This document shows positions 19,269 through 28,736 of a DNA stretch of 64,000 nucleotides, piece after piece. Numbering within the stretch: the stretch's first letter is position 1; every line of letters starts with the position of its first letter. Position numbers and translations under genes: made by a program. Source of the stretch: Chloroflexota bacterium. GTDB lineage: Bacteria; Chloroflexota; Dormibacteria; CF-121. The stretch covers positions 14,040 to 78,039 of the forward strand of contig JAXDLN010000012.1 in assembly GCA_034666565.1 (NCBI GenBank), read 5' to 3'. Under the pieces are notes generated by a model that was not told where the DNA came from, ran no database searches, and saw only the letters and a program-made list of their open reading frames with translations.

Positions 19269-21056
19269 GTGTCCAAGGTCTTGATCACTGAGACCGTGCT
19301 GCGCGACGGCCAGCAGAGCCTCATCCAGGGCCGTCTCAAGCTGCAGCACGTGCTGCCGATCGCCAAGACCCTTGACGACATCGGGTACCACGCCCTCGAT
19401 GCATGGGGTGGCTGGACCTTCGCCGCTTCGGTGCGCGCCTTGAAGGAAGATCCATGGCAGCGGCTACGCGCCCTGCGAGCCGCCATCGTAAAGACGCCCC
19501 TGCAGATGTTGATCCGCGGCCAGACATTGATCGGACAGACGCACCAACCCGACGACGTGGTGCGAGCCTTCATCGAGCAGGCCGTCGAAGACGGCATCCG
19601 CGTCGTGAAAATGTTCGACCCGCTCAACGACCTCCGAAACCTCGAGGTGCCGATCGAGGCGGCGCATAAAGCCGGGGCACGCGTCATCGGGGCGCTCGTC
19701 TACAGCCCGAGCCCGGTGGTCGACGAGGCCCGCACCGTCAAATCGGCCGCTCGGTTGAAAGCTATGGGCGCGGACTGGATCGGGATCGAAGATGTCGCCG
19801 GTATCCTGGCGCCGATCGAGGCCAGGGCCCTGGTCGGCGCGATCGCGAGCGCCACCAGGCTGCCGGTCAGTGTTCACTCCCACTCCACGACCGCGCTCGC
19901 GCCCATTTCGTACTTCGCGGCGATCGAGGCCGGCGCCACGGGCATCGACACTGCCCTCTCGGCGCTGGCCTGGGGGGCCTCCCAACCGGCGACCGAGACG
20001 ATGGTCGCCAGTCTTCGCGACGGGCCATATGACACCGGTCTCGACCTCAACCTGATCAGCCAGGCGAGCCGGTACTTCGACGAGATCCATGACGAGTACC
20101 TCGAGTTCCAGGACCCCATCGCGTTTCGCAACGACGTCTTCGTGCTGCAACATCAGCTGCCCGCACCGGTCCTGGCGATCCTGATCCGTAACCTCCGTGA
20201 GCGCAATGCGATCGATAAATACGACCGGCTGCTGGAGGAGCTGCTGCTGGTTCGCCAGGAGATGGGGTATCCGCCGATGGCGGCGCCGATCAACCGGATC
20301 GCGGCCAACCAGGCGATGGCAAACACGCTCAGCGACAAGCGCTACCAGCACATCGAGCAGCCGTTTCGGGATTACGTCAAGGGACTGTACGGCGCGCCGC
20401 CCGGGCCCATCGATCCCGAGGTCCGCAAACGCGCACTCGGTCCGTCAGATGCCATCACGCTGCGCCCCGCGGACCTCTTACAGCCAGGGATCGATCGGGC
20501 CCGTCGCCAGATGCGCAAGCAGGGCCTGACCGCGACCGGGGTCGACCAGGTCCTGACCTACATCTTGTTTCCCGAGGATGCCGCCAATATCCTGCGGCCG
20601 GAAGGGCACCGGGGCGAGGCGGCCACCGCGTCGGCGCCGACCCCCACAGCGGAGCCAAAGCCGGCGCCACCCGCGGCCGCTCCGGCAGCCTCCGCCTCTG
20701 CAGAATCGCCTGCCCGCGAGTTCACGGTCGAAGTCGATGGCGAGGCATACCGGGTTCGGATCCTCGGCGACGGTGTCGCTCCCGGTCCGGGCGCGCCACG
20801 TGCCGCCGCGTCGGGCCCGACGCCCGCGCAGCGTGCCGGCGGCGATGGGGCGATCCAGGCACCGATGCAGGGCATGGTTGTCAAGGTCAAGGTTGCAAAG
20901 GGGGACAAGGTGCGCCTCGGTGATGTGGTCGTGGTGCTGGAAGCGATGAAGATGCAAAACGACATTGTCGCGACGGTCGGCGGGACGGTACGCGAAGTGT
21001 TCGCTAAAGAGGGAGCCATCGTCGCCCCGAACGACGTGTTGATGACGATTGGCTAG
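19269..21056 (+). CDS. Pyruvate carboxylase subunit B / oxaloacetate decarboxylase alpha-like carboxyltransferase with C-terminal biotinyl domain, divergent active site
   Basis: LRDGQQSL, EDPW.RL, FDPLND, HSH, C-terminal EAMKM. TACAAT 7 nt before the GTG. Confidence 0.85.
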   Translation: MSKVLITETVLRDGQQSLIQGRLKLQHVLPIAKTLDDIGYHALDAWGGWTFAASVRALKEDPWQRLRALRAAIVKTPLQMLIRGQTLIGQTHQPDDVVRAFIEQAVEDGIRVVKMFDPLNDLRNLEVPIEAAHKAGARVIGALVYSPSPVVDEARTVKSAARLKAMGADWIGIEDVAGILAPIEARALVGAIASATRLPVSVHSHSTTALAPISYFAAIEAGATGIDTALSALAWGASQPATETMVASLRDGPYDTGLDLNLISQASRYFDEIHDEYLEFQDPIAFRNDVFVLQHQLPAPVLAILIRNLRERNAIDKYDRLLEELLLVRQEMGYPPMAAPINRIAANQAMANTLSDKRYQHIEQPFRDYVKGLYGAPPGPIDPEVRKRALGPSDAITLRPADLLQPGIDRARRQMRKQGLTATGVDQVLTYILFPEDAANILRPEGHRGEAATASAPTPTAEPKPAPPAAAPAASASAESPAREFTVEVDGEAYRVRILGDGVAPGPGAPRAAASGPTPAQRAGGDGAIQAPMQGMVVKVKVAKGDKVRLGDVVVVLEAMKMQNDIVATVGGTVREVFAKEGAIVAPNDVLMTIG

Positions 21057-22500
21057 CGTTACCAAAGTCCTGGTTGCCAACCGTGGCGAGATCGCCCTTC
21101 GCGTGATGCGGACCTGTCGCGAGATGGGCATCCCCACGGTCGCCGTCTACGCGGAGCCGGATGCGCGGGCCCCGCACGCGTTTTTCGCCGACGAGCGCGT
21201 CGCGCTGAGCGCGCCGGCGCCGCGTCAGGGCTACCTCGACATCGAGCAGCTGGTGCGCGTGGCGAAGGATCGCGGCGCCGATGCCATCCATCCTGGCTAT
21301 GGCTTCCTATCTGAGAACCCCGCCTTTGCGGACGCCTGCGCCAGGAACGGGCTCACCTTCATCGGTCCCACGGCGCCCAGCATGCGGGCCATGGGTGACA
21401 AGGTCGAGGCCCGTCGCCGCATGGTCGAGGCCGGCGTTCCCGTCGTGCCCGGGACGCCGGCGCTTGCCGACGAAGGAGCCGCGGTCCGCGAAGCGGAGCG
21501 CATCGGCTACCCGGTGATGGTCAAAGCGGCCGCCGGCGGGGGCGGCATCGGCATGCGGGTGGCGATGGGGCCGCGCGAGCTGCCGGCGGCCTTTGAAGCC
21601 TGCCGCCGCGCGGCGCAGAGCTCGTTCGGCAGTCCCGACGTCTATCTGGAGCGATACCTGCAGCATCCGCGTCACATCGAGATGCAGATCCTTGCCGACG
21701 ATCACGGCACGACCCTGGCGCTGGGTGAACGCGACTGCTCGATCCAGCGGCGGCATCAGAAGCTGCTCGAGGAAACGCCGGCGGTTGGTCTGAGCGAAGC
21801 ACAGCGGCGCGCCATGGCGCAGGCCGCCGTCAAAGCGGCGGCGGCGGTGCACTATCGCAATGCGGGGACGATCGAGTTCATCGTGTCGGGTGAGGACTTC
21901 TATTTCCTCGAGATGAACACCAGGCTCCAGGTCGAACATCCGATCACGGAGACGGTGCTCGGTATCGACCTCGTCCGCGAGCAAATCCGCATCGCCCGGG
22001 GCGAGCGGCTGGCTGCGGGCGGCTACGGCGCACCACGTGGACACGCGATCGAATTCCGGATCAACGCGGAGGACCCTCTGCGCAACTTCATGCCGACGCC
22101 CCGACGGGTCCGCCGTTATGCGCCACCGTCGGGGCCGGGTGTGCGCGTCGACAGCGGGATCCGGCCGCACCAGGAGGTCTCGCCGCATTTCGACTCGTTG
22201 CTGCTCAAGCTGATCGTCTGGGCCGACAACCGGGAGTCGACGATCGGCCGCGGCCGGCGGGCGTTACAGGAGTTCGTCCTGACCGGGCCCAAGACGACCA
22301 TCCCGTTCCACCGTGCCCTCTTGGAGGAGCCGGACTTCATCAATGGTCGGATTTCGACCAGCTTCATCCAGGATCACCCGAGCTTGCTGGAGAAGACCAA
22401 GGCGTTCGACCAGGAGGTCTCGCCCTTCGAATCGCTCTACGGTTCGGGGGAGCTGGCGGCCGCTATCGCGGCGGGGGTCGTCCTCAACAGCGAGGGTTAG
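21049..22500 (+). CDS. Biotin carboxylase subunit (PycA/AccC-like)
   Basis: ANRGEIA, HPGYGFLSEN, GGGGIGM, RDCSIQRRHQK, EMNTRLQVEH. Confidence 0.93.
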   Translation: MASVTKVLVANRGEIALRVMRTCREMGIPTVAVYAEPDARAPHAFFADERVALSAPAPRQGYLDIEQLVRVAKDRGADAIHPGYGFLSENPAFADACARNGLTFIGPTAPSMRAMGDKVEARRRMVEAGVPVVPGTPALADEGAAVREAERIGYPVMVKAAAGGGGIGMRVAMGPRELPAAFEACRRAAQSSFGSPDVYLERYLQHPRHIEMQILADDHGTTLALGERDCSIQRRHQKLLEETPAVGLSEAQRRAMAQAAVKAAAAVHYRNAGTIEFIVSGEDFYFLEMNTRLQVEHPITETVLGIDLVREQIRIARGERLAAGGYGAPRGHAIEFRINAEDPLRNFMPTPRRVRRYAPPSGPGVRVDSGIRPHQEVSPHFDSLLLKLIVWADNRESTIGRGRRALQEFVLTGPKTTIPFHRALLEEPDFINGRISTSFIQDHPSLLEKTKAFDQEVSPFESLYGSGELAAAIAAGVVLNSEG

Positions 22501-24821
22501 CCGCCGATGACCAGCGGCGCGTCGTACTCTTGCGCCACCGCGACGCCGTTGATGTCGGTCACGCCGGTCGTGACCACCAGCTGGTAGGTTCCTGGCTTCA
22601 GTTTGACGGCGAGCGTCGCGAGGTGGTTATCGGCGTCGAAGCTCACATGCGCATCGACGACCTTTCCGTCGGCATCCTTGACCTGGATGGTGCCGCTGGA
22701 GACCGTATCCGGCTTGAGGTCCGCATCGAAGTGCACACGCACCTGCTCGCCGGGCGCTGCTTGGACCACCTCGACGGAGACCACGTTCGGACCATGGCCG
22801 AGTGGCATCGAGGGCGAGGCGCTCACGGCGTCGACCAGGTATTGGTGGAACTGTGGCACCAGCGGTGATGACCCGCCTTGCCGGACCAGCGTCAATTGCT
22901 CTTCGAAGAAGCTGGTCTCTACGCCGTTCTTGGCGCTGAAGATCCGAACCCCCACCAGGAAGGCATTGGGGTTCGATCCACTCGGCTGGACGGTGACCGG
23001 ATAGTAGCGGCTGAAGTGGCTGCCGGTCGGGCCGAGCAACGATGAGGCCCCAGCCTGGTACGCGGCCAGGCCCGCCTGGTCCAGCTCCGCCTGGGCCGCG
23101 ACGCTGTCACTATTGATCCGAGCCAGCATGAACCTGGCGACCTCGGCCAGGGCCTGGTTCGCCGCCGAGTCGGCGCTCGAGGGGGTGGCGGTCGCCGTCC
23201 AGAAGGCCCGGCCACCGACCTCGTCCCGCCGCGTAAAGAGAACCAGGTCACCGCTCGGTGACCACTGTGGCGAGGCGTATTCCTTGGTTGCTGCTCCGAA
23301 GGGGGTCAGACTGCTGCCGTCGCGGTTGACCAGTACCAGGCTGGGGCCAGCGCCGTTGCCACTGGTGGCGGTGGTGGCCATCAGCAGGGAGGTCGAATCG
23401 GGGGACCAGCTCAAGTCTGACCAGGTTTGACCACCGGGGCTGGTCGCAACCTTCTGGAAGGGTTGGCCATCCGCGCCCACGTACAGATCGGTGGTCGTAC
23501 CCTGCCGTATGACAAACGCGAGGTCTCCCTTCGACGACCAGGCAAAGCCGCTCGCTCCGGAGGGGAGATTGCTCGACGACCCGCCGGCACGCAGGTCGAG
23601 GATGACCGATCCGTCGACGCCCTCGACCGCCAGCCGCGAGCTGGTTGGCGACGCCGCCAGACGGCCGTTGCCAACCCGCAGCGCCGCACCGCCGGCCTGG
23701 GCTCCGTGTAGGTCGACGATGTGGAGCCGGCCCTGGTCGACGTAGGCGATCCGATCCTCACCGATCCAGACGGGAGCCCGGTCGGGCGCCGCGTTGATGG
23801 TGATAACGCTAGCCTGCAAGTTCCCCTGCAGGTCCCAGATCCGAAGACTGACCCGGTTCCCCGACGCAACCTGCCAGGCGGCGAACAGCCCGCCCGACGG
23901 GGCGGCGGCGGGCACGCTTCCCCCCGGGACCAGGATGCGGATCGGGGTCCCCAGCGAGCTCATCAGCCAGACGTCGGTCGTCGCTTTCGGCGCCGGTGGA
24001 CCGGATGGCGTCGCGGAGGCCGACGGGCTCGGTGACGACCCAGGGCCGAGCTGCCCAACCGGACGGGTGACCAGGACCTGGCCCGTCGGGGCCCAGGCGG
24101 CGCTGAGGACGGTGCCAGAATCGGCCAGCCGGCTGTCGTAGCCGTAGTTCACGCTCGCGCTCTTGAACGACGGCGGAACGATGGGCGCGACTGGCGGCGG
24201 GACGGTGGTGAAGTGGACGACGACCGGGGTTGGGGCGACCGTGGGCGTCTGTCGCACCACGGGGTTGGGCTTCGGCGTGGGCGTGGGGGTCGCCAGCGGC
24301 TTGAAGGTGACCGAATAGTTGGTATTCGGCGCCAGCGGGTGGTCCGGGATGATCACGAGGTTCTGCCCGACCCACTGCTTGGTCACCGAGGTGGCCGGCT
24401 GGATCACGACCGATTCCGCGACCGCGGTCTTGTCGACCGGCCCGGTGAAGGGGATCACGATCGGTTCGCCCGTGCCGACATTCGTCTTGTTGTTGATTGG
24501 CTTGCAGACACACGCGACCTGCTGCGCCCCGGGCTGGCCGTTGTGGAGGTAGATCTCGACGCCCAGCACCACCACGAAGCCGACCGCGACCGCGGCCATC
24601 GCCGGCACGACCGTTTTGGGCGACAATGTGAAGGGGAACCACGACCGGGCGGCGCGAGCCGGCAGCGCTCGTCGCGCTTCCGTCATCAGCTTGGCGCGCA
24701 GGTAGTTATGGAAGTGCGGGTCCAGCGGCGGCGTGGCAGGCCGCGACGCCTTGAGGAGATCCACGACCGCGCGGTCGGCTGGATCGGCGAACAGCTCGTC
24801 GAGTTCGGGATCGTTCATCAC
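22497..24821 (-). CDS. Putative anti-sigma factor: TM protein with Ig-like domains and TolB-like beta-propeller
   Basis: Overlaps the ECF stop codon; short cytoplasmic N-terminus, TM, P..PL.PNTNY.V Ig-like motif, WS/WSP repeats, C-terminal Ig-like (V.F..D...PGTYQL...GVTD.NG). Confidence 0.75.
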   Translation of the reverse strand: MMNDPELDELFADPADRAVVDLLKASRPATPPLDPHFHNYLRAKLMTEARRALPARAARSWFPFTLSPKTVVPAMAAVAVGFVVVLGVEIYLHNGQPGAQQVACVCKPINNKTNVGTGEPIVIPFTGPVDKTAVAESVVIQPATSVTKQWVGQNLVIIPDHPLAPNTNYSVTFKPLATPTPTPKPNPVVRQTPTVAPTPVVVHFTTVPPPVAPIVPPSFKSASVNYGYDSRLADSGTVLSAAWAPTGQVLVTRPVGQLGPGSSPSPSASATPSGPPAPKATTDVWLMSSLGTPIRILVPGGSVPAAAPSGGLFAAWQVASGNRVSLRIWDLQGNLQASVITINAAPDRAPVWIGEDRIAYVDQGRLHIVDLHGAQAGGAALRVGNGRLAASPTSSRLAVEGVDGSVILDLRAGGSSSNLPSGASGFAWSSKGDLAFVIRQGTTTDLYVGADGQPFQKVATSPGGQTWSDLSWSPDSTSLLMATTATSGNGAGPSLVLVNRDGSSLTPFGAATKEYASPQWSPSGDLVLFTRRDEVGGRAFWTATATPSSADSAANQALAEVARFMLARINSDSVAAQAELDQAGLAAYQAGASSLLGPTGSHFSRYYPVTVQPSGSNPNAFLVGVRIFSAKNGVETSFFEEQLTLVRQGGSSPLVPQFHQYLVDAVSASPSMPLGHGPNVVSVEVVQAAPGEQVRVHFDADLKPDTVSSGTIQVKDADGKVVDAHVSFDADNHLATLAVKLKPGTYQLVVTTGVTDINGVAVAQEYDAPLVIGG

Positions 24822-25372
24822 GTCACACCAATCTCGAATTCAGGGGGCAGCTCGCGGCGGAGCCGTTCGACGGCCCGGTGCAAGAGCAGCTTGACCGCCC
24901 CCGAACTCTTTCCCAGGATTTGCGCAATCTCCTCGATCTTCCGGTCCTCGCTGAACTTGAGCACCATGGCCGCCCGCTGCTGGCGGGGAAGCTGGTCGAT
25001 GGCCGCCCAGACCCGGCGGCTGCGGTCGCGCCGCACAACCTCGTCAACCACCGCCGGCGCGGTGCTCGGCAGGCTCGCGCCTTCCTCGAGGTCCACCTCA
25101 CCGTGCAGCCCGCGGTAATGGTCGGCGACCGCGTTCAGGGTGATCTGGTACAGCCAGGACGAGAAGGGATGGCCCGAGTAGGTGTACCGCTTGATATTTC
25201 TAAGCGCTTTGAAAAACACCTCCGATGTCACATCCTCGGCCAGGGATTGGTCTCGAACTCGGGAATACGCAAATCGATAAATCTGCGGGAAATAGCGGTC
25301 GTACAGGGCCCCGAACGCTTCGGGGTCTTGCTTCGCTCGCTCGACCAAATCCCGCTCTTCAAATTCCGGCAT
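24818..25372 (-). CDS. ECF (sigma-70 family) RNA polymerase sigma factor
   Basis: AF..LYDRY, AEDVTSEVF, FSSWLYQI..N, region 4 IEEIA.ILG.S.GAVK..LHRA. Confidence 0.93.
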   Translation of the reverse strand: MPEFEERDLVERAKQDPEAFGALYDRYFPQIYRFAYSRVRDQSLAEDVTSEVFFKALRNIKRYTYSGHPFSSWLYQITLNAVADHYRGLHGEVDLEEGASLPSTAPAVVDEVVRRDRSRRVWAAIDQLPRQQRAAMVLKFSEDRKIEEIAQILGKSSGAVKLLLHRAVERLRRELPPEFEIGVT

Positions 25373-25501
25373 CAGGGCACCCCATAGGGCGCCCGCTGCA
25401 GACTGAACGGGTGACGCCCCCACTTGGTTACGTGTCGGGCCAATGTACCAGCAACTCCCCGTATATGAAAAGTCATAATCGGTGCGAGAGGTTACGCAAC
25501 T

Positions 25502-25529
25502 GTGACGGCGGCTATAATCAGCCCGTCAC
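25502..25529 (+). promoter_or_regulatory. TATAAT -10 box flanked by an inverted repeat, upstream of purB
   Basis: GTGACGG-CGGC-TATAAT-CAGC-CCGTCAC; AAGGAG downstream. Confidence 0.55.
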
Positions 25530-25565
25530 CGACGGCACGCCACCCACAAGGAGACCAGCCGCCGA

Positions 25566-26906
25566 TTGATCCCTCGATACGCCCATCCGGAGATGAGCGA
25601 GATCTTCTCCCCCAAGCAGCGCTACGAGTTGTGGCTGCGGATCGAGCTCATCGTCGCTGAGGGGTGGGCCGAGATCGGCGAGATCCCGCGGTCGGCGCTC
25701 GACCGTCTCCGTCAGGCCCGCGTCGATCCCGACCATATCGCTCGGCTGGAGGAGCGGGTGGGGCACGATGTGGTTGCCTTTCTCGACTCCCTGGCCGAAC
25801 CTTTGGGTGACGACGCCCGCCACCTGCACCGGGGCCTCACGTCCTCTGACGTGCTCGACACCGCTCTGGCCTTGCAGTTGGTCGCAGCGGCGGACATCCT
25901 TCTTAAGGATGTGGACCGCCTGTCCTCGGTGATCCGGCGGCGTGCGATCGAGGAGCGCGATACCCTGATGGCCGGCCGGACCCATGGCATCCACGCCGAA
26001 CCGATCAGCTTCGGTTTCGTCCTGGCCGGCTGGCTGGACGAGCTCGACCGCGACCGTCAGCGGCTGGTCACCGCCCGCGAGGACATCCGGGTTGGCAAGC
26101 TTTCGGGTGCGGTCGGCACGCACGCCACCGTCGAGCCGCGGGTCGAGGAGTCGTCGCTCAAAAAGCTGGGGCTGAAGGTGGCGCCCGTCACCACCCAGGT
26201 GATTGCCCGCGACCGTCATGCCGCCTACCTGACGACGCTCGCGGTGCTGGCCGGCGGCCTGGAGAAGTTCGCCACCGATATCCGGCACCTGCAGCGCACT
26301 GAAGTCTCGGAGGTCCGGGAGCCGTTCGGCGAAGAGCAGAAGGGTTCCTCGGCGATGCCGCACAAGCGCAACCCGATCCTGAGCGAGCGCGTGTGCGGCC
26401 TCGCCCGCGTGGTGCGGGGCTATGCGCAGACGTCGCTCGAGAACCAGGCGCTCTGGCACGAGCGGGACATCAGCCACTCGTCGGCCGAACGCATCATCTT
26501 TCCCGATGCCTGCACCTTGCTCGATTACATGCTGCAACTGATGGCGGACATCATCGAAGGCCTGACGATCGACCGGGAACGGATGCGGGCCAACCTCTAC
26601 CGCAGCGGCGGCGTGGTGTTCTCGCAGCGTGTGCTGCTGGCGCTGGTGCAGAAGGGGATGTCCCGCCAGGACGCCTATCGCCTGGTGCAACGAACGGCCC
26701 TCAGCGCGCTCGACGGCGGACCGGACTTCAAGACCGCCATCGGGCAGAGCCCCGAGATTCGTGAGCGCTTGACCGAGCGCGAGCTCGCCGAGCTCTTCGA
26801 CCCGGCCTTCTACCTGCGTCACCTGGACGTGACCTTCGAGCGCCTCGGCCTCGAGCCGGCCCTACCGTCCCCCGCTCGCGGGGGAGGGCAGGGTGGGGGC
26901 ACATGA
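25566..26906 (+). CDS. purB: Adenylosuccinate lyase
   Basis: MIPRY, HDVVAF, GRTHG.HAEP, GSSAMPHKRNP. Confidence 0.96.
   Translation: MIPRYAHPEMSEIFSPKQRYELWLRIELIVAEGWAEIGEIPRSALDRLRQARVDPDHIARLEERVGHDVVAFLDSLAEPLGDDARHLHRGLTSSDVLDTALALQLVAAADILLKDVDRLSSVIRRRAIEERDTLMAGRTHGIHAEPISFGFVLAGWLDELDRDRQRLVTAREDIRVGKLSGAVGTHATVEPRVEESSLKKLGLKVAPVTTQVIARDRHAAYLTTLAVLAGGLEKFATDIRHLQRTEVSEVREPFGEEQKGSSAMPHKRNPILSERVCGLARVVRGYAQTSLENQALWHERDISHSSAERIIFPDACTLLDYMLQLMADIIEGLTIDRERMRANLYRSGGVVFSQRVLLALVQKGMSRQDAYRLVQRTALSALDGGPDFKTAIGQSPEIRERLTERELAELFDPAFYLRHLDVTFERLGLEPALPSPARGGGQGGGT
26865..26899 (+). repeat. Hairpin + G-tract repeat, copy 6 (in frame in purB C-terminus)
   Basis: CCGTCCCCC-GCTCGC-GGGGGAGGG-CAGGGTGGGGG, encodes PSPARGGGQGGG. 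Confidence 0.92.
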
Positions 26907-27793
26907 GCGCAATCCTGACGACCTCCCTACCGCTACCGCTGCACTCGCGCGGCAAGGTTCGCGACACCTACCGACTGAGCGACCGCGAGCTCCTGATGGT
27001 GTCGACGGATCGGATCTCCGCCTTTGATGTCGTGTTGCCAACGCCGATTCCCGACAAAGGCCGCGTCCTCAACGGGCTCACGCACGGCTGGCTGTCGGAG
27101 ACGACCCATTTGATCCGCAACCACATGGGGGACGACCAGTCGATCTCCCAGGAGCTTCTCGATACTGAGCCGGACCTGCGCGAGCGCGCGATGCGGGTCG
27201 TGATGGCGGAACCGATTATGTTCGAGTGCGTGGTTCGCGGTTACATCTCGGGATCGGGTTGGAAGGACTACCAGCGCACCGGCTCGATCGCCGGTGACAG
27301 GCTGCCGCCCGACCTGAAGGAAAGCGACCGGCTTCCTGAGCCGATCTTCACTCCGGCCACCAAGGCGCTGTCTGGGCATGACGAAAATATCTCGCGTGCC
27401 GAGCTCGCCAGGCAGACCGGGAGCGAGCTCGCGCAAACCCTTGAGCACGCGAGCCTTACCCTCTATCAGTTCGGGGCTGCGAGGGCCCTTGAGCGTGGGC
27501 TGATCCTCGCTGACACGAAGTTCGAATTCGGCTTTCACGATGGCGAGATCATCCTGATCGATGAAGTGATGACCCCGGATTCGTCGCGTTTCTGGGATCT
27601 GGAGCGTTATCAGCCCGGCGGGCCCCAAGCCTCGTTCGACAAGCAGTACCTGCGCGACTATCTCGAGCAGATCGGCTGGAATAAAGAGCCGCCGGCACCA
27701 CCGCTGCCCGTTGAGGTCGTCGAAGGGACAAGCGCACGCTATCTCGAGGCAATGCGACGTCTCGCCTTCTTCCACGCGGTGGAGCGGTCGTGA
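26903..27793 (+). CDS. purC: SAICAR synthetase
   Basis: GKVRD, TDRISAFD, ADTKFEFG, TPDSSRFW. Confidence 0.96.
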   Translation: MSAILTTSLPLPLHSRGKVRDTYRLSDRELLMVSTDRISAFDVVLPTPIPDKGRVLNGLTHGWLSETTHLIRNHMGDDQSISQELLDTEPDLRERAMRVVMAEPIMFECVVRGYISGSGWKDYQRTGSIAGDRLPPDLKESDRLPEPIFTPATKALSGHDENISRAELARQTGSELAQTLEHASLTLYQFGAARALERGLILADTKFEFGFHDGEIILIDEVMTPDSSRFWDLERYQPGGPQASFDKQYLRDYLEQIGWNKEPPAPPLPVEVVEGTSARYLEAMRRLAFFHAVERS

Positions 27794-28038
27794 CCTATCG
27801 GGCTGAGGTGTTCGTCACCCTGAAGCCGGTCGTCAATGATCCGGCGGGTCTGACCATCAAGGGTGGCCTGCACGCGCTTGGCTTCGATTCCGTGACCGAC
27901 GTGCGCGCGGGCAAGTACCTCGTTGTCACGCTCGACGCCGACGATGAGGGCGAGGCCCGCTCGCGAGTCGACGCGATGACCCAGCAGCTGCTGGCCAACG
28001 CGGTCATCGAGGACTACCGCATCGAGCTGCGCGCTTGA
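27790..28038 (+). CDS. purS: FGAM synthase subunit PurS
   Basis: [25 protein letters not shown]. Confidence 0.94.
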   Translation: MTYRAEVFVTLKPVVNDPAGLTIKGGLHALGFDSVTDVRAGKYLVVTLDADDEGEARSRVDAMTQQLLANAVIEDYRIELRA

Positions 28039-28736
28039 AGACTGGAATCGTCGTCTTCCCCGGCACCTGGAGTGACCGGGACTGCGGCCACGCGGTCGGC
28101 GACGTGCTTGGCCAACCCGCGCGGTACATCGATCACCGGGAGGAGCGTCTCGACGACCTCGATCTCGTGATCCTGCCAGGGGGCTTCTCGTACGGCGACT
28201 ACCTTCGCTGCGGCGCGATCGCCCGCTTCGCCCCGGTGATGGAAGCGGTCACCGACTTTGCGAATCGCGGCGGACTGGTGCTCGGGATCTGCAATGGTTT
28301 CCAGATCCTGCAAGAAGCACGGCTGCTCCCTGGGGCGTTGCTCAAGAACGCATCCTGCGAGTTCCGGTGCGAGTGGGTGAACTTGCGGGTGGAGCAGAGC
28401 GAATCCGCCTTCACGCTCGATTGCCGTCCCGGCCAGGTACTCCGCATCCCGATCTCTCACGGCGAGGGGAATTTCTTCGCCGACCCGCAGACGCTCGATG
28501 CCATCGAGCGCAACGGCCAGGTTGTCTTTCGCTACTGCGCGCCCGATGGGCGGGTGACTGCCGAGTCGAATCCGAACGGATCGTTGGGCAACATCGCCGG
28601 CATCGCCAACGCCCGCGGCAACGTGGTTGGCATGATGCCGCACCCGGAGCGCGCCTGCGAGCAGCTGCTGGGCGGCAGCGACGGCCTTGCGGTGTTCCGC
28701 TCGGCCATCCACGCCCTGGCTCGGGTCGCGGTCTGA
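28035..28736 (+). CDS. purQ: FGAM synthase glutaminase subunit
   Basis: [25 protein letters not shown]. Confidence 0.96.
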   Translation: MKTGIVVFPGTWSDRDCGHAVGDVLGQPARYIDHREERLDDLDLVILPGGFSYGDYLRCGAIARFAPVMEAVTDFANRGGLVLGICNGFQILQEARLLPGALLKNASCEFRCEWVNLRVEQSESAFTLDCRPGQVLRIPISHGEGNFFADPQTLDAIERNGQVVFRYCAPDGRVTAESNPNGSLGNIAGIANARGNVVGMMPHPERACEQLLGGSDGLAVFRSAIHALARVAV

